From NCBI RefSeq assembly GCF_000737315.1, contig NZ_JMCB01000028.1:1-64000 (forward strand): a DNA stretch of 64,000 bases. The letters are read 5' to 3'. The notes below the pieces were generated by a model. The model did not search any database. It had not been told where the DNA came from and saw only the letters and a program-made list of their open reading frames with translations. Shown piece by piece: positions 39,749 to 48,945 of the stretch; position 1 is the stretch's first letter, and the number at the start of each line of letters is the position of its first letter. The DNA is from Hyalangium minutum (GTDB lineage Bacteria; Myxococcota; Myxococcia; Myxococcales; Myxococcaceae). The position numbers were made by a program, and so were the translations under genes.

Positions 39749-41227
39749 ATGAAGTCCTTTGCCCGAGCGGCGGGTGTCCTCGCCCTGGTCTGTGTGCTGT
39801 GTGCCTGTTCTGGCCGGGGCGATGAGAAGGGGCCGGTGCTGCCCACCGCGGAGCTGCCGTCCACCACGGTGGGGATGCCGTATGAGGTGTCGCTCGCCGC
39901 GACCGGGGGCGAGCCTCCCCTGCGCTACACGGTGGGGACGGTGCCGCCGGGATTCGCCTTCTCCGCAGGCACGGCGCAGTTCACCGGGCCGGCGACGGCG
40001 CCGGGGGACTACACGCTCACGGTCCAGGTGGCGGACGCGGAAGGAGCGCAGGACTCGAGGACGTATGCGTTCCGGGTGTATGCGGCCCCGTCCATTGCAA
40101 CCACGGGCCTGGCGCCGGCCACCCTGGGCCAAGCATATGAGATTGCGCTGAGTTCAACGGGTGGCCTGCTGCCGGTGCGCTGGTCCATTGCGAATGGAGC
40201 GCTGCCGCCGGGGCTGACGCTGACGGCGAATGGCAACCTCTCGGGTACGCCGAACGTCTTGGGCACCTACTCGTTCACGGTGCAGTTGGCGGACGGGAAC
40301 AGCGCGCAGACCACGCGCGTGTTCACCTTGCAGGTGCGGGATGCGTCGGCGGCGTTCATGCTGGACGTGGGGAACTGGAACATCGAGTGGTTCGGGGCCA
40401 CCGGCCAGGGGCAGGGTCCCACGGACGAGACACTCCAGCTCAACAACGTGCGCTCGGTGATCCAGGAGAACGGGCTGGACTTCTGGGCGCTGGAGGAAGT
40501 GGTCGATGTCAATCAGTTCAACGCGCTCAAGCAGGGGCTGCCCGGCTATGCAGGCTTCGTCTCGAATGACCCGAGCGTGACCGGCTCCGCGTCGTACAGC
40601 GCGGGCGAGCAGAAGCTGGCTGTGCTCTACAGGTCGAGCGTGGTGCAGGTGCTGAAGGCCGAGGTCATCCTGAGGTCGGCTGACTATGCATTCGCGGGCC
40701 GCCCTCCCCTGCGGGTGGACCTGCGCATCACGCACAACGGAGTCTCCGTGGACATGGTGGCCATCGTGCTGCACATGAAGGCAGGCACAGATCCGGGCAC
40801 GGATTTCAATTCGTCGGACTACGGCCGGCGCACGAACGCGGGCGCGGCGCTCAAGCAGTACCTGGAGACGTCACTGGTCAACAAGCCCGTCATCGTGCTG
40901 GGAGACTGGAACGACGACGTGGACCTGTCGATTTCACGCGACCCCAACAACACAAGCGTCTACCTGCCCTCGCCGTACCAGAGCTATGTGGATCAGCCAC
41001 CGGAGTACACGTTCCTGACCCAGCCGCTGTCGCAGAAGAGAGAGGGCAGCACGGTGGGCTTCCCCAACATGATCGACCACCAACTGGTGACGAACGAGCT
41101 GGCGGCCCACTACGTGAGCAACTCCACGCGGCGGGTCATCCCGAACATCCTCAACTACGAGACGACGACCACCGACCACTATCCGATCGTGAGCCGCTTC
41201 GACTTCGGGCCGGTGGTGAATCCGTAA
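39749..41227 (+). CDS. Lipoprotein with two putative Ig domains and an endonuclease/exonuclease/phosphatase (DNase I-like) domain
   Basis: Lipobox LCA|C; Ig repeats (GALPPGLTL); EEP motifs NWNIEW, LEEV, LHMKA, LGDWNDD, IDHQLV, TDHYP. Confidence 0.88.
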   Translation: MKSFARAAGVLALVCVLCACSGRGDEKGPVLPTAELPSTTVGMPYEVSLAATGGEPPLRYTVGTVPPGFAFSAGTAQFTGPATAPGDYTLTVQVADAEGAQDSRTYAFRVYAAPSIATTGLAPATLGQAYEIALSSTGGLLPVRWSIANGALPPGLTLTANGNLSGTPNVLGTYSFTVQLADGNSAQTTRVFTLQVRDASAAFMLDVGNWNIEWFGATGQGQGPTDETLQLNNVRSVIQENGLDFWALEEVVDVNQFNALKQGLPGYAGFVSNDPSVTGSASYSAGEQKLAVLYRSSVVQVLKAEVILRSADYAFAGRPPLRVDLRITHNGVSVDMVAIVLHMKAGTDPGTDFNSSDYGRRTNAGAALKQYLETSLVNKPVIVLGDWNDDVDLSISRDPNNTSVYLPSPYQSYVDQPPEYTFLTQPLSQKREGSTVGFPNMIDHQLVTNELAAHYVSNSTRRVIPNILNYETTTTDHYPIVSRFDFGPVVNP

Positions 41228-41300
41228 CGGGGGTGCACATTGAGGGGAGGATCCATGCCCCCTTCCCCTCGGGTAGTCCCTTGGGGATGCGCGCGCTCTT

Positions 41301-41328
41301 GGTCATGTGACCGGCCGGTCATATGACC
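41301..41328. promoter_or_regulatory. Near-perfect 28-bp palindrome, operator-like, upstream of the toxin gene
   Basis: GGTCATGTGACC-GGCC-GGTCATATGACC; only one non-complementary pair. Confidence 0.55.
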
Positions 41329-41443
41329 GAGCGGTCGTATCTGGAAAGAGGCAACGGGGCCTCATTTCGGTGAGAGGGTGCACAACTCTGGGTGGGCCCG
41401 GGCTGGCCTAACCTGAACACCTCCTCGCAAGAAGGGGTGCCCC

Positions 41444-42808
41444 ATGCTGCCGTGGCGGATGATCTGGAATGCAGAAACGCTGTTCCTCTCGTTGGTGGTG
41501 GGATGCGCCAGCATCCCGAGGGCTCCCCACGTGGAGGACACCGGCCAAGGCCTGGCCGTCGTCCACGTTCCCCATTCGGCGGACCTGCAACCGGTGGAAC
41601 TGGAGGAAGAGGAGTTCCATCAGGCGGTGAGGCGCCTTGCGCGCGAGGTGCGGCTGACAGGCACGCCGCGCCAGACGGCAGAGCGGGCATTTCAGATGGA
41701 TCCGCAGAGCGGCTACTACCAATACCTACTGAGGGAAAAGAAGTTGGTGCCGGATGGGCCCAGCGAGCCCTGGGACGGCACGTTGACGAAAGAAGACTTG
41801 GAGCTGGCGGAGCGCTATCGGCTCTGGTGCAAGAGCGTCTACCACTTCTACGGAGACTGTCTCGGAGGCGCGCTGGTGGCAGGACGCTACCTGGACAGGC
41901 AAGGCCGTTACGTCTGGGCGCTGGCGATGAGTAAGAGCCCTGTACTCGACGAGATGAAGAAGGCGCTCGGGGAGATGGTGGAATTCCGCGCGCTCATCAG
42001 CGCGGCCCTGTGGACGTTGGGGTCCATGCTGCTGATCATGGCCCTGACTCCCGTCGCGCCGGGGCTGGTGGCAGTGCTGGGCGTGGGGATGCTCCTGTAT
42101 GTGGGCCATGACACGCTCCGCAACCTCGTGACGGGCTGGGGTGCTTTGACGGAGGCGGTGGAGGCTGCAACCACCTTCGAGGAGATCCGCGAGGCGGGCG
42201 AGAGGTTCGGGAAGATCATCGGGCAAGAGGCAGCGCGCGCGTTCGCCATGCTGCTGGTTGCGGCCATTGGCTCCACGGCGAAACTGTTCGCGGCGAAGGT
42301 GCCGACGCTGCCCGGCTCGGCGCAGGTGGCCATGCGGGCCGAGGGGCAGGCAGGAATCCCTCTGCCCGCCCTGGGGGCGGTTGAGGAGATCGCGCTGACG
42401 GCAGAGGGGGCGAGCGTGACGGTAGCAGCCACCGCAATGACGATGGGGGCGAGTGGCAGTAGCGGCACGGGCCCTTGCATCGAGACGCACCACATCGCCA
42501 CCATCTGCAACGAGAAGTCCACCGCGCGCGGGGGCGCGTGGACGCCGCGATTCCGGGAGATCTTCGCCAAAGCGGGGATGACGCTGGATGACCCGGCGAA
42601 CAAGATGCCTCTACCGGGACACTATGGCCCGCACCCCCAGCGGTATCACGAGATCATCTTGGAGGAACTCCTCGATGCAACCAAGGGCTGCCGCAGCGTG
42701 CTGGCATGCCGCGAAGCGCTGACCGGCCGCCTCCGGAAACTGGCCCGGCAGATCGCAACCCCAGGAACCGAGCTCAACCAACTCGTCACCCAACAGCAGC
42801 CGCGCTAA
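41444..42808 (+). CDS. AHH (HNH-like) nuclease lipoprotein toxin, SitA-like
   Basis: LVVG|C lipobox; central hydrophobic helices; C-terminal ETHHIAT...WTPRF...GHYGPHPQRYH. Confidence 0.82.
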   Translation: MLPWRMIWNAETLFLSLVVGCASIPRAPHVEDTGQGLAVVHVPHSADLQPVELEEEEFHQAVRRLAREVRLTGTPRQTAERAFQMDPQSGYYQYLLREKKLVPDGPSEPWDGTLTKEDLELAERYRLWCKSVYHFYGDCLGGALVAGRYLDRQGRYVWALAMSKSPVLDEMKKALGEMVEFRALISAALWTLGSMLLIMALTPVAPGLVAVLGVGMLLYVGHDTLRNLVTGWGALTEAVEAATTFEEIREAGERFGKIIGQEAARAFAMLLVAAIGSTAKLFAAKVPTLPGSAQVAMRAEGQAGIPLPALGAVEEIALTAEGASVTVAATAMTMGASGSSGTGPCIETHHIATICNEKSTARGGAWTPRFREIFAKAGMTLDDPANKMPLPGHYGPHPQRYHEIILEELLDATKGCRSVLACREALTGRLRKLARQIATPGTELNQLVTQQQPR

Positions 42809-42817
42809 GTGGAGTCC

Positions 42818-43381
42818 ATGCCCCAGCGTTACTTCAAGCTCGCTGACGACGTGATGTTCCCCAACCGCTGGCACTTAGCGATGCCCCGGAACACTCAGGG
42901 CGTTAAAGTGGACGATTACGAGTTCTGGAGGGGAATGCCCGTCCACGTCATGGGCCGTTTGAAAATCCCCATCGAAATCGCGGGCACGCCTCTGGATTAC
43001 ACAGAAGCGGGCCTCAACATCCCAGTGGTCCATGTCCGGATCGCGTCCATGTTCGCGGAACTGGCCCCCGATGACGTGCAACTGATCCCCGTAGACGTGG
43101 AGGGCCAGCCGGATCAGTACCTCATCCTTGTGGCGACACGGCTGATTCGTTGTATCGACGAGCAAGCGTCCCGCATTGAACTGTGGACGCATGAGGACGG
43201 AGTGCCTCACAAGGTCGGTCAGTATGCCTCCGTGCGGGACATGCGGATCGACAGGTCCAAGGTGAGCAACGCCCAGGCGTTTCGTTGCGAGGGGTGGGAA
43301 GGCCCGCTCATCGTCTCCGCGAAGATCAAGGAAGCGTTGACGGCCATGGGCGCCACAGGCCCGAGGTTCCAAGAGGTCTAA
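42818..43381 (+). CDS. Imm11/DUF1629-like immunity protein
   Basis: Starts 9 bp after the toxin stop; motifs QLIPVDVEG, RCIDE, LIVSAKIKEAL. Confidence 0.8.
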   Translation: MPQRYFKLADDVMFPNRWHLAMPRNTQGVKVDDYEFWRGMPVHVMGRLKIPIEIAGTPLDYTEAGLNIPVVHVRIASMFAELAPDDVQLIPVDVEGQPDQYLILVATRLIRCIDEQASRIELWTHEDGVPHKVGQYASVRDMRIDRSKVSNAQAFRCEGWEGPLIVSAKIKEALTAMGATGPRFQEV

Positions 43382-43499
43382 GCGGACGCGTCAGGCATGC
43401 ACGCCGCGATTGGACAGCACGCCTGACCGCACAGCGCGGTTCCATCGCCATCGTCGGTAGGAGTCGTCATTCCGGGCTCCTGCCTACTAGCGCCCCCCA

Positions 43500-44987
43500 T
43501 CAAGGCTCGCCCGACGTCGGCGCGCGGGGGGCTGAGAAGGAAGCGCGCACGCACTTGCCGTCGTATTCGTAGCCGCCTGTTCCGCACGGGGGGTCCTTCT
43601 TGAAGACGAGCCAACACGCCCCCAAAGCCTCAAGCTCATAGTCCGGCAAGCACGGAGGCTTCTTCTGCCCAGGCTGCGGCGCTTTCGGCATCGGTAACGC
43701 CACTGCCAAAGAGGGGGCACTTGCCTGCGGATAAGGCTCGACGGACAAGAGCGCCTCCTCTGCCACTCCCGCATCCGGCACCTCTCTCGAAGGCTGATGC
43801 CGCTCCTCGGCGGCGATCCACTGCTCTTGCGGCGCGCGCTCGCGCTGCCGCACTCCGGTGCAGATTCCCAAGATCATGCTGCCCATCAGGGCGGCAATGC
43901 CCGAAGAGACCCAGGGCGGGAAGCCATCGCCTGCCTCGCGCCGCCCAGCAGCAGTCGAGGAGCGCCTGCGGGGTGGCTTGCTGGAGCTGCCGGAGTCCGA
44001 GGCACTGCTGGAACTGCCAGAGTCCGAAGCACTGCTGGACCCCGGAGGCTTGCTGAGCCTCGCCTCCTCCGTATGAGCGCCAGCGGGCGTCGGGAGAATC
44101 GGCCGCGTCGCGTCGAGACCCTCCTGCCGAGCAGCACGCTCCAGGGCCTCCGCCACCGTTTCCGTCGCTCCACGCGCCTCCGCATCCTCGGAGAGCAAGG
44201 GCATGATGAGGGCATCCAACTCCGGGCTCACGGCGGCCAGCTCGCTCGGGCGCAACAGCCGACGAGGAACCCCTCTCAAGTCTCCCGTCTCCGAGACAGG
44301 CGGAGGATAGGTGCCAGTCACGAGCCGATAGGCCGTCACCCCCAGCGCATAGAGGTCATCCGAAGGCTGAGCTACCCACCGCGCGTCTTCCTCCTTGCGG
44401 TGCCGCCACAGGAAGCGCAGCACCTCCGGAGCCCGATAGATCGACGTGCCCGGAGGAATGATGGTGTCCGTGATGGGCTCAGCGTCCGGGTACCAGCCCG
44501 AGCCAAAGTCCACGAGCACAGCACGGCCCTCGGGAGTGACACGGATGTTGTCCCCCTTGAGGTCGCGGTGAACGATGCCCTGGACGTGCACCGCCACCAA
44601 CCCGCGGGCCACCTGCTCGAGCACCCGCAGCACCGCCTGGCTGGACCGCGGCTGCTCCCGAAACCAGTCGTACAGGATGAACCCCTCCACCAGCTCCATC
44701 ACGATGTAAGGGTGAAGGGCGCCACTGGGAGAGACCCACTGCCCGAAGTCCTCGTAGCGAGGAACGCCTGGGTGCCGCGTGCGCCGCAGCACCTCGGCCT
44801 CTCGCTCGAAGCGCGGGTCCCCCGGATTCTTCGCCACCTTCAACGCCACCGGGGGCGCCTCGGGGTCGTCGGCACGCCGAGCCTGGAACACCACCCCGTA
44901 GCTCCCAGAGTCGATACGCCCCAACAGCAACCACGGGCCCACGATGGAGCCAAGAGCCGGCGTGCGCGGATCAACGAAGGACATCAT
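43500..44987 (-). CDS. Ser/Thr protein kinase with a TM segment and Cys-rich C-terminus
   Basis: IDSGSYGVVF, VALKVA, HRDLKGDN, VDFGSG, YRAPE. Confidence 0.9.
   Translation of the reverse strand: MMSFVDPRTPALGSIVGPWLLLGRIDSGSYGVVFQARRADDPEAPPVALKVAKNPGDPRFEREAEVLRRTRHPGVPRYEDFGQWVSPSGALHPYIVMELVEGFILYDWFREQPRSSQAVLRVLEQVARGLVAVHVQGIVHRDLKGDNIRVTPEGRAVLVDFGSGWYPDAEPITDTIIPPGTSIYRAPEVLRFLWRHRKEEDARWVAQPSDDLYALGVTAYRLVTGTYPPPVSETGDLRGVPRRLLRPSELAAVSPELDALIMPLLSEDAEARGATETVAEALERAARQEGLDATRPILPTPAGAHTEEARLSKPPGSSSASDSGSSSSASDSGSSSKPPRRRSSTAAGRREAGDGFPPWVSSGIAALMGSMILGICTGVRQRERAPQEQWIAAEERHQPSREVPDAGVAEEALLSVEPYPQASAPSLAVALPMPKAPQPGQKKPPCLPDYELEALGACWLVFKKDPPCGTGGYEYDGKCVRASFSAPRAPTSGEP
43981..44034. 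repeat. 27-bp tandem repeat x2 (encodes SSASDSGSS in the kinase linker)
   Basis: CTGGAGCTGCCGGAGTCCGAGGCACTG followed by CTGGAACTGCCAGAGTCCGAAGCACTG (3 mismatches). Confidence 0.85.
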
Positions 44988-45162
44988 GTCATCGCTCCAG
45001 AGTTTCTCCCCAGAAGGCTGGGAGCTGAGCGGAACCCTACCGCATGGGTCACCTCACTCCAACCCGCTCTATTGGGTTACGTACAAACCCAGCGGGATGA
45101 CACCCCTCTTCCACCACCGCTCGTGAATTTGAGCGGCGTCGTGGTGGGGTAAACTCCTGCCC

Positions 45163-45309
45163 ATGCCTTACCGCTCCTGGGTGTTCCTGGCGCTGCTCGG
45201 TCTTGCAGGCGTCTCCTCCACGGAAGAAGCTACGCCGCCCGAAGCCACGCCGACCCAGGCGAAGCCGCCTCCCACGAACTGGACCGCAGCGAAACAGACC
45301 GGCGGGTGA
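45163..45309 (+). CDS. Candidate 48-aa secreted peptide (absent from the ORF track)
   Basis: [48 protein letters not shown]; its TGA lies 4 bp before the kinase ATG. Confidence 0.45.
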   Translation: MPYRSWVFLALLGLAGVSSTEEATPPEATPTQAKPPPTNWTAAKQTGG

Positions 45310-45313
45310 GCAC

Positions 45314-47128
45314 ATGAGGACACTCATCCAAGAAGTCACTCGCGTGCTGCACGCCGTGGCGGAAGGAGATCTGCATCAGAAGGTGCCCCTGGAGTTCGGC
45401 GGCGAGCCCTTGGAGGGCGAGCATCTGCAGCTCGCGGTCACGGTGAATGGGCTGGTGGACCGGCTCTCCGCAACGGCCTCGGGGATCCGCCACGTCGCCC
45501 GGGAAGTGGGCTCGGAGGGCAAGCTGGGCGGACAGGCCGGCACCCAAGGCCTGTCCGGCGAGTGGCTCGAGCTCACTCATGCCGTGAACACTCTGGCTGG
45601 CAACTACACCGCGCACCTGCGCGACCTGAACAAGGTGGCCAGCGCCGTCGCGCGGGGAGACCTGGGCGAGAAGGTCACCGTGGAGGCACACGGCGAGGCG
45701 CTCGCGCTCAAGAACACCGTCAACGGCATGGTGGATCAGCTCGCCGCGTTCGCCGCGGAGGTGGCCCGGGTCTCCAAGGCCGTGGGCCCGGAAGGCAAGC
45801 GGGTCAAGCCGTCCGGCCTGCAGGGTCTCGCGGGCCTCTGGAAGGTGCTGGACGACAACGTGGGCGTGACCGAGGGGCTCGCCATCATGGCCCGGTACAA
45901 GCGCGAGGCGCTGGCCAACATGACCCACGAGCTGCGCACGCCGCTCAACAGCGTGATCATCCTCTCGGAGGTCCTCGCGGCGAACAAGGAGGGCCACCTC
46001 ACTCCCAAGGAGGTGGAGTACGCGAGGACCATCCACAGCTCGGGGACGGATCTGCTCCACCTCATCACCTCGCTGCTCGACATGTCCAAGGCGGAGGCCG
46101 GCAGGATGCAGGTGGACCTGACCCCCGTGCCCCTGGAAGAGGTGACGGAGTTCTGCGAGCACCTCTTCGCGTTTCAGGCGGAGAAGAAGGGTGTGGGCTT
46201 CGCGGTGCACCGGGGCGAGGACCTGCCCTCGCACCTCTGTACCGACCCACAGCGGCTGAAGCAGGTGCTCAAGAACTTGCTCTCCAATGCCTTGAAGTTC
46301 ACCCAGCGCGGCCACGTGGAGCTGCGCGTCAGCCGGGTGACCCGCCCGCGTATCCCCTTCACCCACGAAGCGCTCCGCCGCGCGAGCCACGTGCTCGCCT
46401 TCAGCGTGGTGGACACCGGCATTGGCATCTCTCCGGAGCAGCAGGCGCGCATCTTCGAGCCGTTCCTCCAGGCGGATGACAGCACCAGCCGGAAGTACGG
46501 AGGGACAGGACTGGGGCTCGCCATCAGCCGCTCCCTGGCAGGACTCCTGGGCGGCGAGCTCCACCTGGACAGCGAGCCGGGGCGGGGCAGCACCTTCACC
46601 CTCTATCTGCCCGAGCGGCCTCTCCCCGCGGACCTGAAGCCGACTTCAAGCCTCCCAGCCCCCGAGCCAAGGATCGTCGTCGTCCAGCCGCAGCCGCAGG
46701 TGGAGTCCACACCTGCCCAGCCGGATCCGGCTCTCGCTGGGCGCGAGGTACTCGTGGTGAGCGCCGATGCCCGCAACCTCTTCGCGCTCACGAGTGTCCT
46801 GGAGAGCTGGGAGCTGAAGGTGCGGCCCGTAGAGAACCGGCAGGAAGCGCTCGAAGTCCTGAGCACCCATCCGGAGGTGCAAGCCGTCCTCTTGGAGATC
46901 CCCGAGCCGGAGCTGGGCAGCTATGAGTCCCTGCATGCCCTTCGCCAGGACGCGCGAGCCGCCTCCGTCCCCATCATTGCCATCATTCCCCACGAGCCGA
47001 AGGACGGCCGCGAGAGGTGCCTCGAAGCAGGTGCCAGTGGCTGGCTGTCCAAGCCTCTGGAGCTCGACGCGCTCCTGGCCGAGCTGCGCCGCTGGTGCCG
47101 CGCACCTGAGGCAGCAGGCACTCCGTAG
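45314..47128 (+). CDS. Poly-HAMP hybrid histidine kinase with a degenerate receiver
   Basis: HAMP repeats ([20 protein letters not shown]), [32 protein letters not shown]. Confidence 0.9.
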   Translation: MRTLIQEVTRVLHAVAEGDLHQKVPLEFGGEPLEGEHLQLAVTVNGLVDRLSATASGIRHVAREVGSEGKLGGQAGTQGLSGEWLELTHAVNTLAGNYTAHLRDLNKVASAVARGDLGEKVTVEAHGEALALKNTVNGMVDQLAAFAAEVARVSKAVGPEGKRVKPSGLQGLAGLWKVLDDNVGVTEGLAIMARYKREALANMTHELRTPLNSVIILSEVLAANKEGHLTPKEVEYARTIHSSGTDLLHLITSLLDMSKAEAGRMQVDLTPVPLEEVTEFCEHLFAFQAEKKGVGFAVHRGEDLPSHLCTDPQRLKQVLKNLLSNALKFTQRGHVELRVSRVTRPRIPFTHEALRRASHVLAFSVVDTGIGISPEQQARIFEPFLQADDSTSRKYGGTGLGLAISRSLAGLLGGELHLDSEPGRGSTFTLYLPERPLPADLKPTSSLPAPEPRIVVVQPQPQVESTPAQPDPALAGREVLVVSADARNLFALTSVLESWELKVRPVENRQEALEVLSTHPEVQAVLLEIPEPELGSYESLHALRQDARAASVPIIAIIPHEPKDGRERCLEAGASGWLSKPLELDALLAELRRWCRAPEAAGTP

Positions 47129-47131
47129 GCC

Positions 47132-47851
47132 CTACCGCGCGGCGGCCTCTCGCGGAGTGCCTCGGGCGACGAGCCGCTCGATGCTGCGGTAGTGGGCGCG
47201 AGCGAAGAAGAGCATGGCCAAGGTGGCGCCGCAGAGACACATGAACATGTCCCACTGCGCATCCCAGATGTCGCCCTGGGTGCCCAGGAACTTGTCGCCC
47301 CCTTCCGGATCCAGGGCAAGCGCTGCCCACCACTCCAGGAACTCGTAGAAGGCGCTGATGGCCAGCGCCACCGAGCCCGTCAGGAAGTTCAGCCACCCGC
47401 CACGGCGCAGCGGAGTGACCCGCAGCAGCACCTCGCGGATGATGAAGGCAGGGAAGAAGCCCTGCACGAAGTGGCCAAGCCGGTCATACGGGTTACGTGA
47501 CAGCGCGAAGGTGTCGCGGGCCCAGTTTCCCAGCGGCGTGAGCGCGTACGTGTAATAGGCGCCGTAGGTCAGCACCAGGATGTGCAGGAAGACGCAGACG
47601 TAGATCCAGCGCGACATCGGGAAGCGGCGGAAGGTGGCCGCGAGCGCCACGATGCCGATGAGCCCCGGCCCCGTCTCCAGCAGCCAGTTGAGCCGTCCCG
47701 CAGGCGTCATGATCAGGGTGATGAGGAAGATGGGCATCAACACGCCCAGGAGCACCAGCGGTAGCCGTGCCTCCTCGCGAGTGCCCTGCAGCGCAGGAAT
47801 GGTGGAGCCCGAGGGAGCGGCGGCGGCTTGCGCCAGAGGTGCGGAGTGCAT
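47132..47851 (-). CDS. DUF2238/YjdF family inner-membrane protein
   Basis: YGAYYTYA, RNPYDRLGHF, FLGTQGDIWDAQWDM. Confidence 0.88.
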   Translation of the reverse strand: MHSAPLAQAAAAPSGSTIPALQGTREEARLPLVLLGVLMPIFLITLIMTPAGRLNWLLETGPGLIGIVALAATFRRFPMSRWIYVCVFLHILVLTYGAYYTYALTPLGNWARDTFALSRNPYDRLGHFVQGFFPAFIIREVLLRVTPLRRGGWLNFLTGSVALAISAFYEFLEWWAALALDPEGGDKFLGTQGDIWDAQWDMFMCLCGATLAMLFFARAHYRSIERLVARGTPREAAAR

Positions 47852-47919
47852 GCGTGCACAGCTTGGCACGGTTCTCCAGGCGTGTGGATAGACCTGCCCC
47901 CATCTGGCAGGCTCGCGGC

Positions 47920-48945
47920 GTGCGCATCGGAGTCATCGGAACGAACTGGGGATTGATGCACGTGGGCGCCTTCCGCGAGGCGGGCGCCGAGGTGACGGCC
48001 CTCTGCGGACAGAGCCTGGAGCACACGCGCACCGTCGCCGCGCGAGAGGGCATTCCCCTGGCCACCCCGGAGGTCCGCGAGCTCTGTGACGCCGTGGACG
48101 CGGTGGTCGTGGCGAGCCCGGACGCCCTCCATCGGCAGCATGTCGAGGTGGCGCTCGACGCAGGCCGCGCCGTGCTGTGCGAGAAGCCGCTCACCCGCAC
48201 GGAAGAAGAGGCGCTCGCGCTCGTGGCCAAGGCCCGCGCCTCGGGGCGGCTGTGCGCCGTGAACTTCCCCTACCGGATGCTGCCGTCCTTCCGGGCCCTG
48301 CGCTCCTGGCTGGAGCAGAACCCTCTGGGACACCTCGTGGTGACGCTGCGAAACGGCTTCATCCGCCGGGGCGGAGAAGGTCCGGGTCCCTTCGTCGGAG
48401 CGTCCGCGGACTGGGATGGGCTCTCACACTTGCTCGACACAGTCCTGTGGCTGGCACGGGCCGAGCCCCTGTGGATCCAGGCGTCCTTGTCCGGCCGGCC
48501 CGTCCACACGGCCGCGCTCCACATCGGCCTCTCCTCGGGGGCAGTGGCCGTCATCACCCACGCTGCGTGTCCCGAGCCGGGCCTTCAGGGCGGCTGGACG
48601 CTCGTGGGACGGGACTGGGAGGTGGGCTTCTCCGGTGGGTACGTGCCCTCGCGAAACGGTTGGTGTGTCTCCCCCGTGCGGCGCTTCCGCGAGGGCGCCT
48701 GGGAGGACCTCGCTCCTGGACTTGAGCCTCGTCCCGGAGAGCGCGAGCCCTGGGCCCAGGCCCATGTGGAGACGGCCCGGCGCTTCCTCTCCGCCCTCGA
48801 AGGTGCTCCCCGCTCCGAGCTCGCGACGCTGGAGGAGGCCACCACCGTCCAGCGCCTCCTCGCCGCCGCCGTGCGCTCGGAGCAGGAGGGGCGCCGCGTC
48901 ACCCTCGCTGCAGTGCCGCCATCGCCTCCGCCATCACCAGCTTGA
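47920..48945 (+). CDS. Gfo/Idh/MocA family oxidoreductase
   Basis: RIGVIGT, VVVASPDALH, VLCEKP; GTG start at 47920. Confidence 0.88.
   Translation: MRIGVIGTNWGLMHVGAFREAGAEVTALCGQSLEHTRTVAAREGIPLATPEVRELCDAVDAVVVASPDALHRQHVEVALDAGRAVLCEKPLTRTEEEALALVAKARASGRLCAVNFPYRMLPSFRALRSWLEQNPLGHLVVTLRNGFIRRGGEGPGPFVGASADWDGLSHLLDTVLWLARAEPLWIQASLSGRPVHTAALHIGLSSGAVAVITHAACPEPGLQGGWTLVGRDWEVGFSGGYVPSRNGWCVSPVRRFREGAWEDLAPGLEPRPGEREPWAQAHVETARRFLSALEGAPRSELATLEEATTVQRLLAAAVRSEQEGRRVTLAAVPPSPPPSPA

Noticed and set aside
41301-41328. Chromosomal XerCD dif site
   Set aside because: The 28-bp length matches, but the sequence does not resemble the AT-rich dif consensus and the spacer is symmetric; kept only as an operator-like finding.
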